NCBI GenBank assembly: GCA_964016885.1
Contig: CAXHJY010001410.1
Coordinates: 29,062 to 93,061 of the forward strand
Direction: 5' to 3'
Length of the DNA stretch: 64,000 bases
Origin: Eledone cirrhosa
Lineage: Eukaryota
The notes under the pieces are model-generated. The model was not told the origin of the DNA and did no database searches. It saw only the letters and a list, made by a program, of their open reading frames with translations. The first letter of the stretch is position 1, and every line of letters begins with the position of its first letter. A program made the translations under genes and the position numbers. Below, piece after piece: positions 1 to 10,957 of this stretch.

Positions 1-211
1 GTAAATATATACACACACATACATACACATATATATATATTTGTTTATATATATATAAACGTATGTATGTGAGTGTGTATATGTTTTTATATATATATAT
101 ATATAAGCATATACATATATATATATGTGTGTATATATATATATATACACACATATATAAATATATACACTCACACACACACACATATATGTGTGTGTGT
201 ATATATATATA

Positions 212-260
<49 letters not shown>
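1..260. repeat. (AT)n/(AC)n/(GT)n compound microsatellite
   Basis: Directly visible dinucleotide runs; the YIYI/VCVC ORFs here are artefacts. Confidence 0.95.
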
Positions 261-261
<1 letters not shown>

Positions 262-399
262 AAGTTTAACAAGGTTCATTGATTAATCATTGAATAAAGT
301 TTCACAATAGATTAGAAGCACTCAACAGTTAGGTTTTCTGGAGTTATTAATATTACTTCAAAATATTAATAAATATAGACATTCATGTGATCAAATATA

Positions 400-460
400 T
401 TTTATTATACATATTTCAGAGGTACTGAGCTATTTCATCATACGTCCTCATCAGATAAAA
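400..460 (-). ncRNA. Minimal type I hammerhead ribozyme motif in a Penelope-like pLTR remnant (~268-468)
   Basis: Minus strand reads TTTTAT-CTGATGA-GGACGTATGA..TCAGTACCTCT-GAAA-TATGTA-TA-ATAAAA: stem I, CUGAUGA box, stem II, GAAA, short stem III, UA site. Confidence 0.7.
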
Positions 461-489
461 TAAATTGATGTCTGACATACCTCAATTTA

Positions 490-538
490 TTTTATCTGAT
501 GAGGACGTACTGATGAAATAGCTCAGTACTTCTGAAAT
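490..538 (+). ncRNA. Inverted hammerhead copy, interrupted after GAAA by a SINE; remainder resumes at ~925
   Basis: TTTTAT-CTGATGA-GGACGTACTGA..TCAGTACTTCT-GAAAT. Arms 413-468 and 482-538 are inverted repeats. The expected continuation ATATGTATAATAAAATATATTTGATCACATG appears at ~925-985. Confidence 0.65.
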
Positions 539-921
539 CATCATCATCATCATTTCATTTTACGTCCACTTTTTCCCTGCTTTCAAGGGTGGGACGGGAA
601 CTGATTCTGGCTTGATTTCTACAGCTGGATGCCCTTCCTAACACCAACCTCATTTACAGTGAGTGCTGGGTGCTTTTTTGCCGTGGCACCTCCACGACCA
701 CTTTGCAGTGGAATGATAGGGACCCCAGTCCCTATCATCTCATTTCTACAGCTGAGTAAACTGGAGCAATGTGAAATAAAGTGTCTTGCTCAAGGAAACT
801 ACACATCACCCGGTGAGAATTGAACTCACAACCTTTCGATTGCAAGGCCAATGCTCTAACCACTAAGCCATGTGCCTCCATTGCAAGGCCAATGCTCTAA
901 CCACTAAGCCATGTGCCTCCA
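539..921 (-). mobile_element. tRNA-derived SINE (family A) with RTE-type 3' tail ending in (ATG)n
   Basis: Minus strand: GGAGGCACATGGCTTAGTGGTTAGAGC (A box), GAGTTCAATTC (B box), CCTTGAGCAAGACACTT core, tail GGACGTAAAATGAAATGATGATG. The 41-bp 5' head is tandemly duplicated. Near-identical copies at 3444, 45422 and 59867. Confidence 0.85.
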
Positions 922-1016
922 TTTATATGTATAATAAAATATATTTGATCACATGAATGTCAATATTTATTAATATTTTGAAGTAATATATATATATATA
1001 TATACTGTATATATCA

Positions 1017-1185
1017 ATAATTGTTTCTACTTTAGGCACAAGGCCAGAAATTACCCAGTGCATTACTGGTACTTTATTTTATCGACTCCGTATGGATGAA
1101 AGGCAAAGTTAACCTCGACGGGATTTGAAAAGGGACATAACTATGCTTGAAAGCATGGCGTCCGACCCTCTACCGATACTGCCAG
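1017..1185 (-). mobile_element. tRNA-derived SINE (family B)
   Basis: Reverse-strand copy of the element at 2242-2426 (TTTGCCTTTCATCC..GTCGATAAAATAAAGTACCAGT..GTAGAAACAATTAT). Confidence 0.75.
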
Positions 1186-1274
1186 TCCAATCATTAATGG
1201 TAACACCTTTTTCCATTCAGAGGGTTTTTTGTAAAATCTCAACTTACCGACTAATTCTAACACACACCCACACA

Positions 1275-1620
1275 CTTGGGCTTTCTTTGACTGTGGCCAT
1301 GCTGGGGCACTACCTTCTTTTGCCAGTTTCATTAATTAGACCATGGCCATGCTAAAGCATTACTTTATTCTTTTTCCTGGTTTCACTCATTTGACTGTGA
1401 CCATGCTTGGGCACTACCTTCTTTTACTGGTTTCACTCATTTGACTGTGGCCATGCTGGGGCACTACCTTCTTTTACTGGTTTCACTCATTTGACTGTGG
1501 CTATGCTGGGGCACTTACCTTCTTTTACTGGTTTCACTCATTAGACTGTGGCCATGCTGGGGCACTACCTTCTTTTACTGGTTTCACTCATTTGACTATG
1601 GCCATGCTGTGGCACTGCTA
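1275..1620. repeat. 50-bp tandem repeat, ~6-7 copies
   Basis: Unit TTTCACTCATTTGACTGTGGCCATGCTGGGGCACTACCTTCTTTTACTGG recurs at 1381, 1431, etc. Confidence 0.85.
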
Positions 1621-1659
1621 TATTTTATATATTTGTTTTTAATACTGGTTGCCCTCATT

Positions 1660-3200
1660 AGATTGTGACCATCTGGACAACCCTTCACTCTGACGTTTAG
1701 TTGTTTTGGAAGTGCAACATTCTTCCTCCTGACTTTGGGTTTCAAATTAAAACTTGGCACACACCAGATGATGGTCAGTCCAACATTCCACACCTCGTAA
1801 TACACAAACCAATGTGATATCCCTGACATCACGTTTCCTTGTTAAAACAAAGTCAATAAGGTGCCACTTTTTTTAACCTGGATGCATCCAAGTTGTCTTA
1901 TATTTGTCTTTCTGCTGAAAGAGCGTGTTCCCAACAACAAGATCCATCTCAGCGCACATCTGCAACAGAAGTAGGCCATTGTTATTGCACTTACCTACTC
2001 CATGTTTGCCTATCACACTCCAAGCTTCCCAGTCATTACTCACACGTAACACGTGCATTAAAATCACCAAGGTTGACAATCTTGTCTGCATAAGGTATAC
2101 CATGGATGACTTCTTTCAAAGACATGTAGAAAGCTAGTTTTTCATCATCACTGGCACACATAGTGGGAGCGTACACACTGCCCAGAGTCACAAAGCAGTT
2201 TTGAATCAGAGGGACTCTCATGGACATTATCTAATCATTGAGGGCGGTGAATTGGCAGTATCAGTCGAGGGTTGGACGCCATGCTTTCTAGCATAGTTAC
2301 GTCCCTTTACGGTTTGAGTTCAAATCCCGTCGAGGTTAACTTTGCCTTTCATCCTTACGGGGTCGATAAAATAAAGTACCAGTAGTGTACTGGGTAATTG
2401 CTGGCCTTGTGCCAAAAGTAGAAACAATTATCTAATCATTGAATCCCCAAGGAAGATTTTCCAGCTTTGAGACGATTCCATTCCTGACAGCAAATATGAC
2501 CCCTGCCTCTCTCCTACAACCCTCTGCTCCACCACTCCAATAGAAGGTATATCCTCCCTTCTGTCCTGTGAATTGACCCTCACCAGCTAATCTCAATTCT
2601 GAAAGAGCAATGATGTCCATGCTATAGCGATCGAGTTCCCTCGACACCAAAGCAGATCTTCTTTCAGGCAGTTTCACTGGACTGGGAATCAAGTCAACTT
2701 CTTACATTCCAGCATCCAATATTCAGAGGTTTGAACCTCTTTGCAGTTGTAAGATGATGACCAGGCCTACGCTGCGGTGCCATGGGACACCTGCCGGGCC
2801 AGACCCCTTCACAATAAGTTCCAGAGCCCTTACTGCCATTGACTTCAAGACCATCATTTGTCATTTTAGAGTTTGGTGCACTTTTAGGTTATGGCCAGCC
2901 ACACGGACCTTAACATATTCTGAACAAGCAATGCCTGAGTTTTGAAGGTTTTTTTAAGTGGGGCAGGCCTTGCACTCGACCAATCCCACTCTCTGAGCAT
3001 TGAAAACACTACCCGAAAAGGAGGATGCTTTTAAGAGTTTCCCTCTCTTAGAAAGGCATTGTGACAACAACAGGGGGCCTTTCACTCCCAGGTGGGAGAG
3101 AAAATACTATTTGGATGGCTGTTGACTCTGCTGAGTTCCTCCGAGTCTTCTTGTATTTTATTCCACAGCGTGTCCAAATATGACCCACCTCACCAAACAT
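1660..3200 (-). mobile_element. Decayed RTE (BovB-like) LINE, 5' UTR plus apurinic-type endonuclease domain
   Basis: ORF pieces ERRSALVSRELDRYSMDIIALSELR..GGYTFYWSG, SVYAPT..LGDFNARV, GKHGVGKCNNNGLLLL..NTLFQQ..TTWMHP, with stops and frameshifts. Confidence 0.85.
2242..2426 (+). mobile_element. tRNA-derived SINE (family B) inserted into the RTE with a 16-bp target-site duplication
   Basis: ATTATCTAATCATTGA at 2226-2241 and 2427-2442; B box GAGTTCAAATCC. Confidence 0.9.
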
Positions 3201-3443
3201 GCTTGGTGGGGGTTGGACAATATACATATATATGCATGCATGCATACACACATATATGTACAGAACTGTTATGGTGGCGGTGTTGGTGGTAGTACTAGTG
3301 GGGGGGGGGGGTGTTTGTGGTGGAGTGGTCGTGGTGGTGGTAGTTGTGGTGGCAGTGTTGAGGATAGTTGTGGTGGTGGGGGAGTCTGACAGATCTGTTT
3401 CAAGTGACCAAGAACAACCAAAATAAGTTCTGAAGTTTCAGTA

Positions 3444-3779
3444 TCATCATCATCATCATCATTTTACGTCCGCTTTTCCCTGCTTGCAAGGGTCAGACAG
3501 GAACTGATTCTGGCTTGATTTCTACAGCTGGATGCCCTTCCTAACACCAACCTCATTTACAGTGAGTGCTGGGTGCTTTTTTGCCGTGGCACCTCCACGA
3601 CCACTTTGCAGTGGAATGATAGGGACCCCAGTCCCTATCATCTCATTTCTACAGCTGAGTAAACTGGAGCAATGTGAAATAAAGTGTCTTGCTCAAGGAA
3701 ACAACACATCACCCGGTCCGAGAATTGAACTCACAACCTTTTGATTGCAAGGCCAATGCTCTAACCACTAAGCCATGTG
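3444..3779 (-). mobile_element. SINE family A
   Basis: Near-identical to 539-880. Confidence 0.85.
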
Positions 3780-3874
3780 ACAAAAGACAAGGGATACAGT
3801 GACACAGCATGGCCACATCCCAATGAACCAACCCAGTGTAAAAGAAAACAAAAACAGAAAAAAAATCCACAAAT

Positions 3875-3990
3875 ATACGATCGCAAATACAAGCAGCCGA
3901 AATGAGGTTCCTCCAAAAAGTCTTTGGAATAATGTTATTTGATAGAGTGTGTAGCTCAGAGAGTTGCTCCTGGTAGAACCGCTACTCCGA
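3875..3990 (+). mobile_element. RTE LINE ORF fragment that seeds the adjacent array
   Basis: Translates IRSQIQAAEMRFLQKVFGIMLFDRVCS..ELLLVEPLLRIERSQL, typical of the RTE post-RT region. Confidence 0.7.
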
Positions 3991-4997
3991 ATTGAGAGAT
4001 CACAGCTCTGATACTACAGACATGTGGTTAGAATGTCTCAGGAAAGAATCCCTGAATTGAAGGATCACAGCTCTGATATTACAGACATGTGGTTAGAATG
4101 TCTGAGGAAAGAATCTCTGAATTGAGAGATCACAGCTCTGATACTACAGACATGTGGTTAGAATGTCTGAGGAAAGAATCTCTGAATTGAGAGATCACAG
4201 CTCTGATACTACAGACATGTGATTAGAATGTCTCAGGAAAGAATCCCTGAATTGAGAGATCACAGCTCCGATAATACAGACATGTGATTAGAATGTCTCA
4301 GGAAAGAATCCCTGAATTGAGAGATCACAGCTCTGATACTACAGACATGTGGTTAGAATGTCTCAGGAAAGAATCCCTGAATTGAGAGATCACAGCTCCG
4401 ATAATACAGACATGTGGTTAGAATGTCTCAGGAAAGAATTTCCGAATTGAGAGATCACAGCTCTGATACTACAGACATGTGGTTAGAATGTCTCAGGAAA
4501 GAATCCCTGAATTGAGAGATCACAGCTCTGATACTACAGACATGTGGTTAGAATGTCTGAGGAAAGAATCTCTGAATTGAGAGATCACAGCTCCGATACT
4601 ACAGACATGTGGTTAGAATGTCTGAGGAAAGAATCTCTGAATTGAGAGATCACAGCTCCGATAATACAGACATGTGGTTAGAATGTCTCAGGAAAGAATT
4701 TCCGAATTGAGAGATCACAGCTCTGATACTACAGACATGTGGTTAGAATATCTCGGGAAAGAATCTCTGAATTGAGAGATCACAGCTCTGATACTACAGA
4801 CATGTGGTTAGAATGTCTGAGAAAAGAATCTCTGAATTGAGAGATCACAGCTCTGATACTACAGACATGTGGTTAGAATGTCTCAGGAAAGAATCTCTGA
4901 ACAGAGATCACAGCTCTGATACTACAGACATGTGGTTAGAATGTCTCAGGAAAGAATCTCTGAATTGAGAAATCGCAGCTCTGATTCTATGGTCATG
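3989..4997 (+). repeat. 65-bp tandem array (~15 copies) derived from RTE coding sequence
   Basis: Unit GAATTGAGAGATCACAGCTCTGATACTACAGACATGTGGTTAGAATGTCTCAGGAAAGAATCCCT at 3989, 4054, 4119...; encodes IERSQL*YYRHVVRMSQER. Confidence 0.9.
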
Positions 4998-5098
4998 TGT
5001 CGTTCCTCAGAAATATGGTACCTTTGTTAAGTTATGTTCCAAACTCAAATTTAATAATGAGAAAGTTAGTTATATTACAAAGAGTCAAAGCATTTATA

Positions 5099-5104
5099 TT
5101 TATT
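5099..5104 (-). promoter_or_regulatory. Possible polyadenylation signal of the RDH-like gene
   Basis: AATAAA on the minus strand ~80 nt past the stop codon; the AT-rich context makes this weak. Confidence 0.25.
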
Positions 5105-5185
5105 TAAAAAAACCTCCATCTTAATTTTAAGCAAGAACCTTTGTTAAGTTATGTTCCAATATAATAACAAAAGGGTAAAAGAAAT

Positions 5186-5851
5186 TTAATCAGATTTTTT
5201 CGAAAGCCCACACATATCCATGGAAATATCCCACATTTTTTGGGACAATGCTTTGTCCTTGGTCAATGGAGAGACCATCTGCGATAGAGCAACATTCTCG
5301 AAAAAACATCCACTGATGTTTTCCAAACTGGGGTCAACTGCCATGTAGATAACAGTGAGGGCCCCGTCGTGTGTTGTGCGACCAATCTTTGTGGATAACC
5401 AGCCCATGAAGTGAAGGACCCAACTCCACGGGCTGCCACTGGAATACCATATCTCTGAAGAAACATAACCGGGACACAAACTGTTGGCGGTTACGTTATA
5501 CTCCCGTAATTTCTCAGTGAGGGTCTTAGTGTGCCAAATTTGGGCCAGTTTACTAAGAGCGTACCCATACAAATAAGGATATTTAACACAAATACTTGAT
5601 GGGCTGTTGTTTGATTGACAAGAAAAATCTGGTGCTTTCTTGACTACCAAATGTCGCATTGAACTCACATTAATTATACGACTTGGTGCGGATTTCTTGA
5701 GCAGATCCAACAAGAGATAGGTGAGCAGAAATGGTCCAACATAGTTCACACCGAACACACTGTTATAACCTTGCTTTGTTATCTTCTCTGGGTGTACAGC
5801 GAGACCTGCATTGTTTATCAACACATCCAGTTTCGGTTCTGTATTAAGTAT
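5186..5851 (-). CDS. Retinol dehydrogenase 11-14-like SDR, coding exon 2 (221 aa + stop)
   Basis: LDVLINNAG, GVNYVGPFLLT, RIINVSS and catalytic YALSK motifs. Acceptor TTTTTTTTATTGCAG|ATA, phase 0; TAA at 5186-5188. Confidence 0.92.
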   Translation of the reverse strand: MLNTEPKLDVLINNAGLAVHPEKITKQGYNSVFGVNYVGPFLLTYLLLDLLKKSAPSRIINVSSMRHLVVKKAPDFSCQSNNSPSSICVKYPYLYGYALSKLAQIWHTKTLTEKLREYNVTANSLCPGYVSSEIWYSSGSPWSWVLHFMGWLSTKIGRTTHDGALTVIYMAVDPSLENISGCFFENVALSQMVSPLTKDKALSQKMWDISMDMCGLSKKSD

Positions 5852-5984
5852 CTGCAATAAAAAAAAATATTAACTTTTAACATCCAGGAATGGTTTTAGC
5901 AGAAAATATCTAAAAACGTATTCATTAATTCAAATGTTTATAGTCTTTACAAGCAGACAGATTGCAGTGGAAATTTGTAGTATT

Positions 5985-6992
5985 AAATCTGTAGTGATAA
6001 GAACTCACCTTGATCACTTACACCTCTCTAAGACAATGTCACTGGATCGAGATCTGCCATTGCATACAAACCTACAGTCAGTAGGCACCTCTTAACTCAA
6101 TGTACACCCCACACACCCTACCTACCCTCCCTCTCCCGTTCAATCCACTGTGTCAGTGACACAACATTCCACACTGTAATGTGGTCATGTAGGAGACACG
6201 GTAAAAAGGCTCCCAGTCCACACTGTAATGTGGTCATGTAGGAGACACAGTAAAAAGGCTCCCAGTCCACACTGTAATGTGGTCATGTAGGAGACACAGT
6301 AAAAAGGCTCCCAGTTCACACTGTAAAGTGGTCATGTAGGAGACACAGTAAAAAGGCTCCCAGTCCACACTGTAAAGTGGTCGTGTAGGTGTCACAACAA
6401 AAAGTACCCAGTCCACACTGTAAAGTGGTCATGTAGGTGTCACAACAAAAAACACCCAGTCCACACTGTAAAGTGGTCATGTAGGTGTCACAACAAAAAG
6501 TACCCAGTCCACACTGTAAAGTGGTCATGTAGGTGTCACGACAAAAAGCACCCAGTCCTACACTGTAAAGTGGTCATGTAGGTGTCACAACAAAAAGTAC
6601 CCAGTCCACACTGTAAAGTGGTCATGTAGGTGTCACGACAAACAGTACCCAGTCTACACTGTAAAGTGGTCATGTAGGTGTCACGACAAAAAGCACCCAG
6701 TCCACACTGTAAAGTGGTCATGTAGGTGTCACAAAAAAAACCACCCAGTCCACACTGTAAAGTGGTCATGTAGGTGTCATGACAAACAACACCCAGTCCA
6801 CACTGTAAAGTGGTCATGTAGGTGTCACAAAAAAAACCACCCAGTCCACACTGTAAAGTGGTCATGTAGGTGTCATGACAAACAACACCCAGTCCACACT
6901 GTAAAGTGGTCATGTAGGTGTCACAAAAAAACCCACCCAGTCCACACTGTAAAGTGGTCATGTAGGAGACAGCAAAAAGCACCCAGTCCACT
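5985..6992 (+). mobile_element. RTE LINE 3' end whose 3' UTR carries a 48/49-bp array
   Basis: ..HLHLSKTMSLDRDL at ~6010-6055, same family as 15868-16074 and 42315-42860; followed by UTR and array. Confidence 0.7.
6168..6992. repeat. 48/49-bp tandem array (~17 copies)
   Basis: Unit CCACACTGTAAAGTGGTCATGTAGGTGTCACAACAAAAAGTACCCAGT; the first ~4 units are a 49-bp GGAGACAC subtype. Confidence 0.92.
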
Positions 6993-6993
6993 T

Positions 6994-7281
6994 TGGAAAA
7001 TACTTTGAAAGGAAGTTGTCCCAGAAATGGGAACACAAATGGAATAAAACAAGTTTCATGTAAATTGAAGCACAGGTTCCCGAGATATGGGGTTTTTCCA
7101 GGTACCTTCATAAACAGAGAGAGAGAGATAGGGAGGAAGAGATGGTGGTTGTGAGAGAGTATATTGAAAGAGAGACATAGAGTGAGGGAGAGGAGACAGA
7201 GAAGGAGAATGGCAGAGAGAGAGAGAGAGAGAGCTGGTGGTGTTGTGTCTATATATCTATATATATATATGAGTGAGAGTC

Positions 7282-7338
<57 letters not shown>

Positions 7339-7617
7339 GTGTGTGTGTGTCTATGACCAGTGTATATAGACCACAGACACCCACATATATATATATACAC
7401 ATACATACATACGTATATATATATGTATACACACACACATATTTATATATATATACATACACACATATATATATATATATACGGGCCTTCCAGTTTCATT
7501 TCACATTATATATATGTCTGTGTATATTTTAATTATTTAAAAATTATTTTTAAGTGAACATGATTTTAAAAAAATATTTTGAAGTGAACATGACCCAACG
7601 GGTCACAGGTGGTCTAG
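6994..7617 (+). mobile_element. Non-autonomous Helitron-like element, 3' part
   Basis: Ends TGACCC-AAC-GGGTCA hairpin then GGTCTAG|T. Internal segments recur at 59376-59860, ~60230 and 62335-62440. Confidence 0.6.
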
Positions 7618-7705
7618 TTTATATATATATATATATATATAAAATATTTAAAAAATAATGAATAAAACAATGAAACAGTTCCTTATATTAAACAAAAAAA
7701 GTTCA

Positions 7706-7851
7706 TTATTTAACGATCGTTTCTAGGATATATATGTGTTAGAATTGGCATGCATATTCAACAGATCTATGTACAAAATTATACAAAATTATACAAACTA
7801 TCAAAATTAAATATACATACCAACACATATATATGCCGTCTTCAGAAATAA
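7706..7851 (-). ncRNA. Type I hammerhead motif with long stem II and palindromic stem III
   Basis: TTATTT-CTGAAGA-cggcATATATATGTGTT..AACACATATATATccta-GAAA-CGATCG-TT-AAATAA; lies within inverted repeat arms 7641-7722 and 7873-7954. Confidence 0.65.
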
Positions 7852-8080
7852 TGATGATGATAGTAATAATGTAAACGATCGTTAAATAATGAACTTTTTT
7901 TGTTTAATATAAGGAACTGTTTCATTGTTTTATTCATTATTTTTTTAATATTTTATCTTGACTCTGTATTCCGTTTATCTTTCACCGAAAGTGATTTTTC
8001 ATTGCATCTCTTCTTTCCATGATATACATTGAGTTCTTCATACGGATTGGACACTACCGTAAACTCTTGGTAGATTTATC

Positions 8081-8130
<50 letters not shown>

Positions 8131-8196
8131 GTATTTCCGTAGGAAAGGTAAAGGAAAAGAGATTGCTCTATGTAGGCTACAGAGCTTTTATTACTA

Positions 8197-9135
8197 TCAT
8201 CATCATCATCATCATTTTACGTCCGCTTTTCCCTGCTTGTAACGGTGGGACGGGTCTTATTCAGCACAGCATCTCTCCACTTGTCACGGTCCTTCGTCAT
8301 CTCCACCGTGAGCTTCAATGATCTGAGGTCTGTTCTCACCACCTCCGCCCATGTTTTTCGTGGTCTACCTCTACCACGTCTTGCTTCAACTGGCATTTCC
8401 TGGCACTTCTTCACCCATCAGTCATCCTCCATGCGCATCACATATCCATACCACCTCAGTCTCCTGTCCCGTACACTACATTCTATCCCTCTCAGACACA
8501 GTTTCTCTCTCAACACATCACATGTCCATACCACCTCAGTCTCCTGTCCCGTACACTACATTCTATCCCTCTCAGACACAGTTTCTCTCTCAACACATCA
8601 CATATCCATACCACCTCATCTCCTGTCCCGTACACTACATTCTATCCCTCTCAGACACAGTTTCTCTCTCAACACATTTATGCTGGGTCGTTCACGCACA
8701 TTTACACTGCACATCCAACGGAGCATGCTTGCCTCATTTCTCTGCAGCCGTCGCATATCCTCTGCAGTTGCTGCCCATGTCTCACTACCATGCAGCATCG
8801 CGTTCCTCACACAGGCATCATACTACTGGCCTTTCGTACGCAGGGAGAAACCCTTCTTCGTCAACAGAGGAAGCAGCTCCCTAAACTTCTTCCAACCCGT
8901 CCTTCTTCTAGATACTATGGCCTCGGAACACCCCCTCCCATGCTAATCTGATCTCCTAGGTACCGGAGGCTATCCACAAATTCTATAGCGCCCTCCTGCA
9001 TTTGAAAAATGTGTCTATCAATGCGACTTCTACTGTCTTATTTCCCTGTACATCTACTGCATACATATTTCTCCCTACCTGTTAGTTTGCCTGCTATCCC
9101 GCTCCATCTCTTGTGTACCCAGGATCTGCATTTTA
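8197..9135 (-). mobile_element. RTE LINE 3' fragment with internal 80-bp triplication (8441-8676)
   Basis: MLHGSETWA..LQRNEASMLRWMC..LREKL, RRGRGRPRKTWAEVVRTDL, tail GGACGTAAAATGATGATG; repeat starts at 8441, 8521 and 8601. Confidence 0.9.
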
Positions 9136-9162
9136 TAGAATTTATGCCTATATTTATTACTA

Positions 9163-9215
<53 letters not shown>

Positions 9216-9291
9216 CTATTATTACTATATATATATATATATTTAGTTATGTAATAAACATAAGATAATTAAGTCCTAATAAGATAATTAT

Positions 9292-9353
9292 TTCATTTAC
9301 CAGTGGTTTCTTGAAGGCAGGTATTTATATCTGCCTTCAGTCGTCAGAATGAA
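9292..9353 (-). ncRNA. Minimal type I hammerhead motif
   Basis: TTCATT-CTGACGA-cTGAAGGCAG-atataaatac-CTGCCTTCAa-GAAA-CCACTGG-TA-AATGAA; inside inverted repeat ~9237-9435. Confidence 0.72.
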
Positions 9354-9487
9354 GAGAGATATAAATATCTGCCTTCAAGAAATCACTGGTAAATGAAATA
9401 ATTATCTTATTTTGTTTATTACATAACTAAATATACATATATATATATATATATAGTAATAATAATAAAATTGAAGACTAAAATCCA

Positions 9488-9523
<36 letters not shown>

Positions 9524-9559
9524 AAGATGAAATAAAAGATGGTATAAGAGTTCCATATA

Positions 9560-9625
9560 TTTTATTATACGTATTTCGAATACAAAATCATCCTGGGACA
9601 GATATTGTGTTCTCTTCAGATAAAA
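9560..9625 (-). ncRNA. Minimal type I hammerhead motif
   Basis: TTTTAT-CTGAAGA-GAACACAA..TTGTATTC-GAAA-TACGTA-TA-ATAAAA; palindromic stem III ATACGTAT; G-C pair closes stem II. Confidence 0.75.
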
Positions 9626-9696
9626 TAAGGTATAATATGAGGCATAATAGCACTTGTTTATAGGAAAGTGCTAAGTCTACATAAAATATATATATA

Positions 9697-9756
9697 TTTA
9701 TCTGACGAGGACGTACTGAAAAAACAGCACAGTACCTCCGAAATATATATAATAAA
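9697..9756 (+). ncRNA. Minimal type I hammerhead motif (same family as 400-460)
   Basis: TTTAT-CTGACGA-GGAcGTACTG..CAGTACcTCC-GAAA-TATATA-TA-ATAAA; pLTR-like sequence continues to ~9900. Confidence 0.75.
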
Positions 9757-9901
9757 ACATATATTTTGATTATGTGAACGTCTACATTTATTAATATTTT
9801 GAATAATATTAATAACTCCAGAAAACTTCTTTGTAGAGTGCTTTTAATCTATTGTTAAACTATATTCATTGAGTAATCAATGAACCATATTAATCTTTGG
9901 T

Positions 9902-9936
<35 letters not shown>

Positions 9937-9955
9937 ATTACAATACAAAACTTAC

Positions 9956-10297
9956 CTGCTTAGCACACTGTCGTACACTGTCCAGGTCAATTAGATCTAA
10001 CTGAACAATGCTGACCATTTTGGGATCCACACCTGTAGCGACGAGGATTTCATCAGCTGCACCCCTCGCTTTAGTCAGGTTCCTACAGGCCATTATCACC
10101 CTGGACCCGCGAGACAGAAGGTTCTCGGCCGTTACCTTTCCGATTCCCGACGATGCTCCTGTGATTAAAACAGTCTTACCGTCCATTCTAGCTTGGCCGT
10201 CGTATTTCAGAGGTTTACAATGTAAGGACCAGAATTTCCGTGCAAAGGAAAAACCGATGGCTGCCATGAGCGACAGACCTAAACACAGCAAGAGCAT
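9956..10297 (-). CDS. Retinol dehydrogenase 11-14-like SDR, coding exon 1 (114 aa)
   Basis: ATG at 10297, hydrophobic N-terminal anchor, GKTVLITGASSGIG Rossmann motif, VIMACRN, LDLIDLDSVR. Donor CAG|GTAAG at 9956/9955, phase 0; joins as CAKQ|ILNTEPKLDVLINNAG. Confidence 0.92.
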
Positions 10298-10926
10298 TAT
10301 TATTTCTGTGGTTCAGGTAGAATTTGCGGTAGTTCGTGACCAGGTCACAGAGAGTGCGACGAAAAAATAAGAGAAATTAAGAACTTGCGTGTGTGTGTAT
10401 TTTTACATGAGTGGGTGTATGCATTTTTATATGTAAGTATGCATGTGTGTGTGTGTATGTTTACATGAGTGAGTGTATGTGCTTATGTATATATATTTGT
10501 GTGTGTGTGTTTACATGAGAGAGTGTAATGAAAGTAAGCGTGTTTATGTGTTTGTATATGTAAGTAAGCGTGTGTGTATGTTTATGTATATATTTGTGTG
10601 TATGTTTACATGAGTGAGTGTATCGACCAACGCCTTAATAACAAATAATACGTATTATTCCTAACCAACTGAGCTCCTCACGTTTCAACTGTTTCAATTC
10701 TGATTCATATATCATATATATATATTATATATATATTGTCAAAGACCCCTTCACAGACCGTTGACAAAGTCGAAATAATTAATTGATCTATTAATTGCCC
10801 CACTGGCACGCCATCAAATCCAGTCCGTGGTGTATCACAAAGGTCCGTTTGTGTTGTTAATTAATTCAGGTGTACCGACTCTGCGAGCGGTTTGTTCTAG
10901 TTCTAATACAAACAATAGCAGTATAT

Positions 10927-10957
<31 letters not shown>

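Noticed and set aside
2242-2330. tRNA-like A/B box sequences (also 45422, 59867)
   Set aside because: These are SINE heads followed by core and tail; no complete cloverleaf is evident.
3270-3385. Gly/Val-rich ORFs
   Set aside because: GGT low-complexity tract.
6536-7462. 308-aa Cys-rich repeat ORF (MTTLQCGLG..) and relatives at 15184-15761, 60133-62058, 62844-63728
   Set aside because: Produced by 48-bp (16-codon) repeat units in a LINE UTR; frames break wherever units are 47 or 49 bp.
9938-9955. ORF-track extension VSFVL* of RDH exon 1, and the MQ start of exon 2
   Set aside because: Intronic read-through past the GT donor and before the AG acceptor.
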